From Lingula anatina (Eukaryota > Animalia > Brachiopoda): a stretch of 64,000 bases of DNA. Location of the stretch: assembly GCA_051362555.1 (NCBI GenBank), contig CM120643.1, forward strand, positions 496,001 through 560,000, written 5' to 3'. Below are positions 53,501 through 64,000 of the stretch, piece after piece. The notes under the pieces were generated by a model. The model was not told the origin of the DNA. It did not search any database and was given only the letters and a program-made list of their open reading frames with translations. The translations under genes were made by a program, and so were the position numbers. The stretch's first letter is position 1. Each line of letters opens with the position of its first letter.

Positions 53501-56500
53501 GAATCACTGTACATATGTATTTTGTGTATAAGTATATATAGAGAAGAACTTTGTATTGTAATCCGAGATCAGAGATCAGAGATATGAGATCATCAGAGTA
53601 AGTTTGGTCAGTCGAACCGACAGCTGGATTGTCTGTGTTGTCATCCAGAGAAATAAATGTAGAACTCGGTCAGTTAGTAGTTGATCTCCAGAAAATATAT
53701 CGTAGCTGTTGTGTTACCTGCTGGAGAATTAACTAAGACCAAGTGTCCCCTGTGATACATCTAAAAGAGGGCGTGGCAAAATGTGTTAAAATACCTGTAT
53801 GTGCAGAAATGTTCAACTGCTCTTTGCTGCTGTCATCCTCAGTTCTATTGTTTGACCACTAGGTATAGAGTTGTGGTCAAAATGATGTCATAGACTGGAC
53901 AAAGTCTGCCCCCCCCCCTTCACATACAGGCATTTTAACATCTTTTTCCTCGTTGTGTTTGGAAGTTATTGTGCCAATGACACCAAAATTGTGCAAAAGA
54001 GTGTTTTAAATTTAAATGGAATTGTCCTAGAAAGTCGTGGTTGTTGGATCTTAAATACAATAATAGCTATGGTATCATCATTATCAAAGGGTGCCTTCTC
54101 TTCAGAAAATTGAACATGACGTTGAAAGCTACCGGACTATTTACCAAAAAAAAAAAACCAACAAGAAAATTTAAAGTAAAAAAAAATGGTTTGGAAGTAA
54201 TTAGACAAACGTCACATGTCAGACAGCAACAATGACAGCATAGACAGACAGACAGACCAATCAGAATATATAAATGCAGGCAATTACAGTGTCTGTATAT
54301 AAAAACTAAAGCAAAACCAATTTGGTAAATTTAGATTTTTATCTTACTATGTGCTATATTCTTTGGAACCGGCAAGGTGCTCTGTTACATGTGTAAAACT
54401 GTTGAGCATAACTCTGTACATATATAACAACTGGCAAAAAAATAGTATATTATTTCTAAAGTTAGCACATGTCTATACTTGCTGTGTGTACCTGTGAGTG
54501 TCTGTGTGCTGCAAGTACATTGTCAATTAACAGATTGCTAGTCATACCTGTCATGTGAAAGACAGACTTGAACCCCAAACCAAATTTTCCAACATTCAGT
54601 GGGTCATCTTTCTTGCTACTATTGTGGATGGCTCCTATTCTGTCCCAGTCAGCATCACCAAAAACGGCATCATTGTAGGCATACAGAGCTGGACCCTGAG
54701 ATATAAGTAAATAGAACAATTCAAAAGACAAAAATACATTAAATTAGAATGTTTTATAAATAATTTTAGTACCACAGAAGGTTGGGTTCCTGATGGGGGG
54801 GGAGGGGGGGAGGAGCGGGGGAGGAGCGTTAATTTATTCCTTTTACATTGTAATTTCTGCTATCTCCTCTTAAACCATTAGGTAGTTTTGGTATGGTAAA
54901 AACTTTAAAATTTCATCACTCAGAAATTAATAAACATTTTAGAATGTGTGAATCTGGCATATAGCCATATTAAATGAGGAACTTTTCAAAATTATCAAGA
55001 CTCCAATTATCAAGTTTGATAAAATTTTCAATTAAAGTGAAAAATATTACATTGGCAGAGAATAATCTTCCTTCAAAATTTTGATGACTGCCTTAATTTT
55101 CAAGTTTTTTACAGTATTGATAAACCTATCATAGAGATGTGCAACTGTGGTTTGGGCTGTCCATGGGGGTGGTTGCATGATACTTATTTTTTTTATTATT
55201 TTTCTTAACATTGTAATTTCTGTTATATTCTCCTTTACCATAATATAAAAGAAGAAATTGCAGTATTGATACCCCTACCATAAGGGATGTGCAATTGGCA
55301 ACTTCAGAATATTGTTGTGACTGGGGGTTGGGCTGTCTCTGGTGGGTGGATCATTCAAAATCATTTTTACATTTTCCATTTCGTTTTCTCTTCCTAGATC
55401 ATTAAATCAAGGAAGTTCAAGGTTTGGTGGTTAAGAGACCTATAATCAGAGATGGTCACGGCCGCTTTGGAAAATTATTATTTCTGTTAACTTCTCCAAA
55501 ACCATTATATTGAGGATGTTCAGTCTTTGGCTATTGACATATAGTACATGGACCCCTTGGGGTTGGGCTGTCCCTGGGGGTGGATGATTCTAATCATTTT
55601 ACTCATTTTTGTTTCTGCTAGCCTTGTATCTCCTCCTCCCTGGGTGTGGACGCTTTTAGTTTTGTGTATTGTAACTTCAGTTATCCTCTCTTAGGCCATC
55701 AGAGTCAGAAAGTAAAAACTTTTATGGGATTGGTACACCTTTCATCAGTAACGAATATTTGTGTGCAAGGAGGGGTTGGGTAGGTTAGCAATTGTCACCA
55801 GGGGGGCCGGGATGATTCTTTTTTACATGAAGTTAACTTCTTTTTTTAACTGATACACTGTTATTTTTATGCTGTTATTTTAAAGATTAATATAATACTT
55901 TATCACATAAGAATAGGGATTTCTTGAGGGTCATGTTCTCTTTACAATGTGGGATAGGTAATAGCTACCCAGTGACACCATTTATAGTTTCTTTTGGTAT
56001 TTTAACCAGAAAAGGTCCTTTTTAATTATCACCCCTACTAATGCAGCTATACACTATATTAAGCTAAAGGATCTGAGGGATATATGATACTGTCTCCTGA
56101 AATTGTCCCAACAGTGAGATTAACCTCATATTCAAGTGTAATAAATGGTAGCTATGGATGTATGGATTGAGACCGCGTCTTCTGGGTCTTCTGGAATACG
56201 GTCAGATTTTAAAGTTTACATTGACGGGTATCTATTTTACTCTGTTGGAAGACAGTTAAAGATGGAGGATATATCAACAAAGATAATATGAAAGACTGCC
56301 AGATAATATCTCTGGATCCACCCCTGTTTTTTACTTGTAAATATACAAAGTTATGTCCATCGTGTAATGACAAATGCTAGACCATATGCATCTATGAATA
56401 AGGACTTGACTGTGAAACTGTACCTTAAAGTCTGTAAGAAAAGAGACATATATTCAACCTTTATATATAGAATCTTATAGAATAAAAAGAGTTTGTTTAA

Positions 56501-57482
56501 AAACATAACGTTACATTTACCTGAAATATCTTCAAATCTGGTTGATACAAAGACTCTGCAGGAAACTGGCGTCTGTCATTGACAAATTTCACAGATTTTG
56601 CTCCAGCATCTTCAGCATTCTGGATTAATTCCTAAAATTTGACGATATACAATGTCAGTTTTCTCTTTCTTGTTATAACTATAATAATTCTCACAACTTT
56701 ATATTTAAGTAGATAAGTGAATGACTAATTTAAAGAATTAAAGTAACAAAAACTCGGCATTGTGGACTAATTCCTAAAAGATTGACGATATACAATGTCA
56801 GTTTTCTCTTTCTTGTTATAACTATAATAATTCTCACAACTTTATATTTAAGTAGATAAGTGAATGACTAATTTAAAGAATTAAAGTAACAAAAACTCGG
56901 CATTGTGGACTAATTCCTAAAAGATTGACAATATACAATATCAGTTTTCTCTTTCTTGTTATAATTATAATAATTCTCATGACTTCATATTTATGTAGAC
57001 GCATGAACAATTAAAATAAAGAATCAAAGTAACAAAAATTGTACAAAAGCTTAACCTTCAGAATCTGCCCATCATCTGGATATTGGTCTAATACTGCTCT
57101 CAGCTGCTCAATTAAAGATGGCGTCCGAATCCCAAAACCACCTAAAATATAAATAATGGTAATGATTTTATTCTACTAATGCCAAAAAGTCTTCAAACAA
57201 AACTTCCCAAAGAGACTTCTTCAATAATTTGTACTAGCAGATTATCTCATCACCATGATGTAGACAATTTTTAAAATAAAATAAGTGACAGTAACGTATA
57301 AGGTACCTTCAAATTAAGGTGTATAGATATTCTAATGTTTATTTGCAAAGTTTGTCTGTTTGAAACATTAAAATTACATCATTTGAAAAGATGCCAAATA
57401 TCTGAGATAAACAAGGAGTGGCGTCAGAACTTTCAATCATTATTATCTTACTTTTATCATGTATGCACTTACGATCAGCCAT
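32206..57482 (-). CDS. SACS: Sacsin-like gene, copy B (complete): join(57473-57482, 57056-57141, 56521-56631, 54548-54695, 48561-50225, 32846-43878, 32206-32523); 4456 codons plus stop, with one internal TAG at codon 4170
   Basis: Manual splicing gives GT-AG introns with consistent phases, 13,371 nt in total. Three sacsin repeats with ELIQNA(E/D)DA and G(K/Q)(F/Y)G(L/V)GF motifs; J-domain KYHPDKN; HEPN (SAEKALKA...SHDL...YPD). Confidence 0.92.
32846..43878 (-). CDS. SACS: Sacsin-like copy B giant exon 6 (SRR2, SRR3, J-domain, HEPN start; internal TAG at 33389-33391)
   Basis: 11,033 nt; acceptor ctttag|GA TTA ACC, donor CAT CAG|gttaga. Contains the 3492-aa ORF, and the same frame continues past the TAG ([26 protein letters not shown]...EASRWFRQA...[10 protein letters not shown]). 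Confidence 0.93.
45020..45460. repeat. Approx. 95-bp tandem repeat, about 4.5 copies, inside the LTR-like element
   Basis: cctcgtt recurs at 45034, 45130, 45224, 45319 and 45414. Confidence 0.85.
46390..47185. repeat. GATAAC-based complex minisatellite (copy B)
   Basis: As in copy A but 44 bp longer (offset changes from 45,286 to 45,330 across the array). Confidence 0.92.
48561..50225 (-). CDS. SACS: Sacsin-like copy B exon 5 (remainder of SRR1)
   Basis: 1665 nt, covers ORF 48529..50103; motifs [31 protein letters not shown]; donor TTA G|gtataa. Confidence 0.92.
54548..54695 (-). CDS. SACS: Sacsin-like copy B exon 4 ([12 protein letters not shown]...[15 protein letters not shown])
   Basis: 148 nt, ctcag|GGT...ACA G|gtatga; GxxGxGF ATP-lid motif. 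Confidence 0.92.
56521..56631 (-). CDS. SACS: Sacsin-like copy B exon 3 ([37 protein letters not shown])
   Basis: 111 nt, AG/GT bounded; GHKL ExxxN motif. Confidence 0.92.
57056..57141 (-). CDS. SACS: Sacsin-like copy B exon 2 ([28 protein letters not shown])
   Basis: ttttag|...AAG|gttaag, 86 nt; matches the sacsin SRR1 start pattern FG...L...L..YP.GQILK. Confidence 0.9.
57473..57482 (-). CDS. SACS: Sacsin-like copy B coding exon 1 (start micro-segment, M-A-D-R)
   Basis: aaaaATG GCT GAT C|gtaagt: strong Kozak-like context and consensus donor. Phase 1 matches the next exon; conserved in copy A. Confidence 0.75.
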
Positions 57483-57952
57483 TTTTGTTTGAAGCAACAG
57501 AAGTTAATTATTTTTGTTGTTTATCTTTGGACATCACATCCGCTTGATGCACATGGGACTCAGTATGGCCCAATCTGTAATAACAGAAATTATTTAAATG
57601 AACATTATATCTAACTAGAGGATATCAGAGAGGCAATACTGCGTCCAAGTATTGTGCCACCAGCTGAAGCAAGCACATTCGCAGGAAAACAAAAAAAAAA
57701 AAAAAAAACACCACCTCTAGTGTTGTACAAAATGCAGTTAACAAGATTTCTCGACTTTTTTCATTGAAAACTACAATTTATAACACAATCATGGGGAAAA
57801 GTAAAAGATCAAATGTCAAATTTAGGTCACAGGAAGACTGTCAATATATGAGTTCCTATTCAAGTTCAGTAGTAAATGGGTATATCTGTGCCAGTTTTGG
57901 AGATGTAAGAGAAGGAAAATTCAAGCAAAAAAGTCCAAAAGTCAATTTCAAG

Positions 57953-58239
57953 CCCGCACGAAAACGCAGTAGATACTCCAGCCCATCCAGTAGACTACTG
58001 CAATCATACCTCAAAAATGCTTCAAATCTGCTTCAATTTGGGAGCTAATTAGCATATTTGAAACATGCTTCTATCATGCTGCTAATCTACTGCATTAATG
58101 CTCCTCTCTGCACAAACCTATGTATTTTTTGGAGTAGAATTGCAGTGAGCTATACTGCATTTCTACTGCAAATATGCTCCACACCACTACTGCATTAATT
58201 AATGCTTCTTTGCTACTAAGTACTGCATTTTCGTGCAGG
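57953..58239. mobile_element. 287-bp MITE, TIR CCYGCACGAAAAYGCAGTA, AAG target duplication (possibly CMC/EnSpm-like)
   Basis: caAG|cccgcacgaaaacgcagta ... tactgcattttcgtgcagg|AAG, interrupting a 146-bp-family unit. Confidence 0.8.
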
Positions 58240-59323
58240 AAGGTGTCACGTATGACTTCCTATTCAAGTTCAATAGTAAATAAGGGCATATCTCTGCCAG
58301 TTTTGAAGACATACCGGTAAGAGATGAAAAAAATTGCCCAATTCAGTTAAAGGTTCAAGGTCACAGTAAGATTGCCAGTTTATGTCTTCCTATTCAAGAT
58401 GTATATTGAATATGGGCGTATTTCTGTCAGTTTTGGAGGTATAAGGGACAAAAATCTTACTAAAGTCAGTTTATGTTCAAAAGAAGGTCAAAGGACAATT
58501 TCAAGGTTACAGATAGATTGCCAGTATATGACCTCCTATTCAACTTCAATAGTAATTATGACCCTGTCTCTGCCAGTTTGGGAGATATAAGGGACTAAAA
58601 TGTTGCAAAGTTCAGTTCATGATGAAAAGTAGGTCAAAGGTCAATTTCAAGGTAACAGTGAAATTGCCAGTATATGACTTCCTATTCAACTTCAACAGTA
58701 ACTATGGGCCTATCTCTGCCAGTTTTTGGAGATATATATATATATATATGGGAGTGAAATGTTGCAATTTTGCAATAAACAGTAATATGGCAGTAATTTC
58801 GTACAAAAAAATTGAAATAAAGGTAAGGTCATTTTGGTTGAAATCCGTGAAATGGGAGGTGCTCCGAAATCCCAGATGTTTGAATTTCATGAAATAATGT
58901 CATTTTTGATCTGAATTTGTCTGCTGCATTAAGCCAGACATTCCAAACTTCATTCATTTTACTTTACTGCACATTTTATTTTCACCACCACAATGTATCT
59001 TTAAAACAGTGTAACTCGTAAACCGTATGGAAAAAATTGTGCTTGGGTTTGACATGCTCTATCAAATGCAAAAAAATAAGAGGTCTCTAGCATTAACGGT
59101 TCCAGAAACAGAGTTTTCAGTATCGAGTTTCGGCATTAAAAATGAAAATACACCGATTGACCCAAAACTAATACAGATGAAAGATGACCCTAAGGGTGCA
59201 TTTTCTATGCCAATAATATTATAGGTTAGGTCTGTTAGTTTCTGAAAGTTGGCACTAATATAAACTTCGTTTTGTTAGATTTAACATTTAATTTTGCCAA
59301 TTTTGGACAAGGGTGCATTGGTA

Positions 59324-59720
59324 CCCTCCACCAGGGCCGCAGTTATTATTGTGGACATTTTTGCTGAGGCTACCCCACCAGATGACATTGTTATGTGCTC
59401 TGCAGGAGCTCAGTGAGAGCTGTTCTTCGCGCCAATGTAATTAAAGTTCGTTGCAACCTGCCTTGTTTTGTCTGTCTGCTAAGGGGTTGTTTTTATTAAT
59501 TGTCACAGATGAGCAATTAACTGCTTTGATTGCTCTCAAAGGGACTTCACATGGACTTGATAAGTGGCAGTGCCTGAGTAGATATGCAAACTATTACCAG
59601 CCATGTAATCATCCTTGAGTTTTCAGCACAGAGTCACAGTACATAGATTAGTCATCTATTTCACCAGAGCCATATCTATTTATATCTAGTGAAAAATCAA
59701 TATGTGACCCTGGTAGAGGG
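59324..59720. mobile_element. 397-bp MITE flanked by TA
   Basis: TA|ccctccaccagggccgca ... tgtgaccctggtagaggg|TA. Confidence 0.75.
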
Positions 59721-59923
59721 TAGTATATTGAGACAAATGTGAAAGTAGACCCAAGTACTAACAAAGCCCAACATTCTCATGGATCGAGTTGAGATTTTAT
59801 GTGACCTACATATACTGTACAAGGGGTGGATACAGGCCAGGGTTCTTGTAGTTAAGGAGGAGAATTTGAAGGGGTAATGGTAACATGGCGGCGGAGCATG
59901 AGGACGTTACCTATCGGGACTAA

Positions 59924-60130
59924 GGTACCATTAAGATCGAGAAGAGCCAAGCGCTAGTTAGGCCGCGACCTTAATATGGAGGGAAGCCACTTCATCCTGT
60001 TATGGTCACACGCCTCCCCAGTGAGAGGCCAATACAGGATTAAGCAGTCTTCCTTTCATGTAGATGTAGATCCGCCAAATTTAGGTCGCGGCCTCACTAG
60101 CACTCAGCTCTTCGCCATCTGAATGCTCCC
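59924..60130. mobile_element. 207-bp PIF/Harbinger (Tourist-like) MITE with TAA TSD
   Basis: gggacTAA|ggtaccattaagat...atctgaatgctccc|TAAaaccatg; the empty site gggactaaaaccatg is seen at 15546-15560; approx. 55-bp imperfect TIRs. Confidence 0.8.
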
Positions 60131-60149
60131 TAAAACCATGTGAAACTAC

Positions 60150-63100
60150 AGGATCAGAGAGGCGATACCGCCTCCTGTTATAGTACCACCAGCTGGAGTA
60201 AGCGCATTCGTATGGAAAACCAAAAAAAAACGGGTCACCACCACCAACAGTGTTGAGCTTGACAAGCTCTATAAAATGCAATAAACAAGAGTTCTCAAAA
60301 TATGCAAAAAGAAGTGAAAAAACAGCATAACTGTGAAAAATAGTCTGATCAAGCTTATTTTTGAATTAAGCTGTATTTTTGTAATATTGATCTCTCCTGT
60401 GATTTTCAAGACAGTTGACATATGGGTTTTCCTTGAAATGTGTTATCAGCGTTGCATATATGTTGAATAAAAAGAAAACCCAGGAGAAATACTGGGCATA
60501 TCTCTGCCAGATTTGAAGATATGAGGGGCAGAAAATATGCAAAGTGCAGTTCATGGTAAATAAGTAGGTCAAAGGTCAAATTCAAGGTCACAGTAAGATT
60601 GCCAATATAAGACTTCTTATTCAAGTTAAATAGTAACTATGGTCATATCTCTGCCAGTTTTCAAGATATAAGGGCTAGAATATTTGCAAAGTTCAGTTCA
60701 TGGTGAAAAGTAGGTCAAAGGTCAATTTCGAGGTCACAGTAAGATTGCCAATATAAGTTCAACAGTAACTATGGGCGTAATTTTTCCAGTTTTCGAGATA
60801 TAAAGGAAAGATAATTTGCAATGTTCAGTTCATAGTGAAAAGTAGGTCAAAGATCAATTTCAAGGTCAGAGTAAGATTGCCAATATAAGACTTCTTCTTC
60901 AAGTTCAACAGTCACTATGGGCGAATCTTTTCAGGTTAAATTCAAGGTCACAGTAAGATTGCCAATATAAGACTTCTTATTCAAGTTAAATAGTAACTAT
61001 GGTCATATCTCTGCCAGTTTTCAAGATATAAGGGCTAGAATATTTGCAAAGTTCAGTTCATGGTGAAAAAAAGGTCAAAGGTCAATTTCGAGGTCACAGT
61101 AAGATTGCCAATATTAGTTCAACAGTAACTATGGGCGTATCTTTTCCAGTTTTCGAGATATAAAGGATAGATAATTTGCAATGTTCAGTTCATAGTGAAA
61201 AGTAGGTCAAAGGTCAATTTCAAGGTCAGAGTAAGATTGCCAATATAAGACTTCTTATTCAAGTTCAACAGTAACTATGGGCGAATCTTTTCCAGTTTTC
61301 GAGATATAAAGGATAGAAAATTTGCAAAGTTCAGTTCATAGTGAAAAGTAGGTCAAAGGTCAATTTCAAGGTCACAGTAAGATAGCCAGTTTATGGCTTC
61401 CTATTCAAGTTCAATAGTAAATATGGACGTATCCCTGCCAGTTTTCGAGATATAAGAGACAGCAAATTTGCAAAGTTCAGTTTATGGTGAAAAGTAGGTC
61501 AAAAGTCATTTTCAAGGTCACAATAAGATTGCCAGTATATGAAATCTTATTCAAGTTCAATAGTAACTATGGACGTATCTTTGCTAATTTTGGAGTATTT
61601 CACATCTTATCTTCACCACTAAGTCTTGCAACGTTGTACTTTTTGATATAGCGCAACTCCTAAAGCATATTGAAAACAAAAAAAAAAAAAAACGGACACC
61701 ACTGCTAGTATTGGCATTGACAAGCTGTACAAAATGCAACAAACAAGACGTCTCTAGCATTTATGGTTCCAGAATAATTAAGAAAGTTTTCAGTTTTAGC
61801 ATCTAATGGCTGCTTCTCCTGTGAAAATGCACCGATTGACCCCAAAGTCCCAAAGATGAAAGGAGTCCCTAATTGTAACCCCTCACTATGATATGAGAGC
61901 TTAGGTCTGCGCAGTTTCTGAAAATTGGCACAAACAAATATTTTTTTGGAGAAAATTTACATTTTTAGAAATTTTTGGCCTGTTTGACCTTGAAATATAG
62001 GTCAAAAGTCAAATCCAAGGGCATATTTGGAATCTCCACATATGACTTTCGGCCATTCGTATGGACCCCCCCCAAAAAAAAAAAAAAAAAGGGACACCAC
62101 CACCAGTCTTGTGCTTGACAAGCTGTATAAAATGCAATCAACAAGAATAATCAAAATATGCAAAAAAAAAAAAAAAAAAAAAAAACACTAAAAATGGTAC
62201 AATCAAAGTTCAATTCATGATGAAAAGAAGGTCAAATGTCAATTTCAAGGTCACACTTAGATTGCCAGTATATGACTTCCTATTCAAGTTCAAAAGTAAC
62301 TATGGACCTATCTCTGCCACTTTTGGAGATAAAAAGGAAACAAAATTTGCAAAGTTCAATTCATGATGAAAAGTAGGTCAAAGGTCAATTTCAAGGTCAT
62401 GCTTAGATTGCCAGTATATGACTTCCTATTCAAGTTCAAAAGTAACTATGGACCTATCTCTGCCACTTTTGGAGATAAAAAGGAAACAAAATTTGCAAAG
62501 TTCAATTCATGATGAAAAGTAGGTCAAAGGTCAATTTCAAGGTCATGCTTAGATTGCCAGTATATGACTTCCTATTCAAGTTCAAAAGTAACTATGGACC
62601 TATCTCCGCCACTTTTGGAGATAAAAAGGAAACAAAATTTGCAAAGTTCAGCTCATGGTGAAAAGTAGGTCAAAGGTCAATTTAAAGGTCACAGTAAGAT
62701 TACAAGCATATGACTTCCTCTTCAACTCCAATGACTCCAATGACTTTCTTTTCAAATTCAATAGTAACTATGGGCGTATATTTGCCAGTTTGAAAGTATA
62801 AGCATTAAAAAAGTTGCAAAGTTCACTTTATGGTGTAAAGTAGGTCAAAGGTCAATTTCAAGGTCACAGTAAGATTACAAGCATATGACTTCCTCTTCAA
62901 CTCCAATAGTAACTATGGACCTATTTCTGCCAGGTTTGGAGTTAAAAGAGAAAGAAATTAGCAAAGTTCAGTTCATGGCAAAAAGTAGGTCAAAGGTCAA
63001 TTTTAAGGTCACAGTAAATTGCCAGTACATGACTTCCTATCCAAGTTCAATAGAAACAATGCACCTATCTCTGCCAGTTTTGGAGGTAAAAGGGAACCAA

Positions 63101-64000
63101 AATTTGGAAAGTTCAATTCATGATGAAAAGTAGGTCAAAGGTCAATTTCAAGGTCACATTCAGATTGCCAGTATATGACTTCCTAATCAAGTTCAATAGT
63201 AACTATGGACCTATCTTTGCCAGTTTTGAAAGTATAAGCTTTAAAAAAGTTACAAAGTTCAGTTTATGGTGTAAAGTAGGTCAAAGGTCAATTTCAAGGT
63301 CACAGTAAATTGCCAATATATGACCTCCTATTCAAGTTCAACAGTAACTATGGACCTATCTCTGCCAGTTTTGAAGATAAAAGGGAACCAAAATTTGCAA
63401 AGTTCAATTCATGATGAAAAGTTGGTCAAAGGTCAATTTCAAGGTCACACTTAGATTGCCTGTATATGCTTTCACATTCAAATTCAATAGTAACTATGGG
63501 CATATCTTTGCCAGTTTTGGAGATAAAAGGGAACAAAAATTTGCAGTTCAGTTCATGGTAAAAAGTAGGTCAAAGGTCAATTTTAATGTCACAGTAAATT
63601 GCCAGTATATGATTTTCTACTCAAGTTCAGTAGTAACTATGGACCTATCTCTGCCAGTTTTGGAGATATAAGGGACTAAATGTTATAATTTTGGAGTTAC
63701 AATAATGTGCCATAAATTTCCTACAGAAAAAATTAATTAAAATAAAGAAAAGGTCATTTTGTTCAAAATTTTTGAAATGGGAGGTGCTCTGAAATTTCAG
63801 ATGTTCAAATTTGATGAAATAATGTCATTTTTGACCACAAGTTGTCTGCCTCGCCAAGCCTTATGTTTTATTTTTTCGGAGTTCAAAATTTATTATCGAT
63901 GGACCTATCTCTGCCAGTTTTGGAGATATAAGGGACTTAATGTTATAATTTTGGAGTTACAATAATGTGCCATAAATTTCCTACAGAAAAAATTAATTAA
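60150..64000 (+). repeat. Stacked HINE-like elements with arrays of 146-bp satellite-like monomers
   Basis: aaaagtaggtcaaaggtcaatttcaaggtcac...gacttcctattcaagttcaa repeated more than 15 times; 146-bp period (e.g. 62374 to 62520). Confidence 0.85.

Overview
AT-rich (about 35% GC) animal genomic DNA, invertebrate-like with spliceosomal GT-AG introns; no prokaryotic features. The window holds two head-to-tail, minus-strand copies of a sacsin-like (SACS) gene about 45.3 kb apart. Copy B is complete: 7 coding exons, 57482 to 32206, 13,371 nt, including an 11,033-nt giant exon. It encodes three Hsp90/GHKL-like sacsin repeats, a J-domain with HPD and a C-terminal HEPN domain, with no N-terminal ubiquitin-like domain. 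A single in-frame TAG at 33389-33391 (codon 4170) separates the ATPase repeats from an otherwise open J+HEPN tail. Copy A is represented by its first five coding exons (18699 to 3230) and runs off the left edge. The copies are nearly identical below about 9265/54594 and clearly more diverged above it. Upstream of copy A lies a duplicated candidate first-exon/promoter module, one copy carrying an IRF/ISRE-like motif and an E-box. Introns and flanks are filled with non-autonomous elements: a 3.16-kb TG..CA solo-LTR-like element with a GATAAC array, nested TIR elements, Helentron-like elements with 146-bp repeats, and micro/minisatellites. Best hypothesis: an immune-inducible, copy-number-variable sacsin array in which one copy uncouples the J/HEPN module. 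False tandem assembly of two haplotypes and a base-call error at the TAG cannot be excluded from sequence alone.
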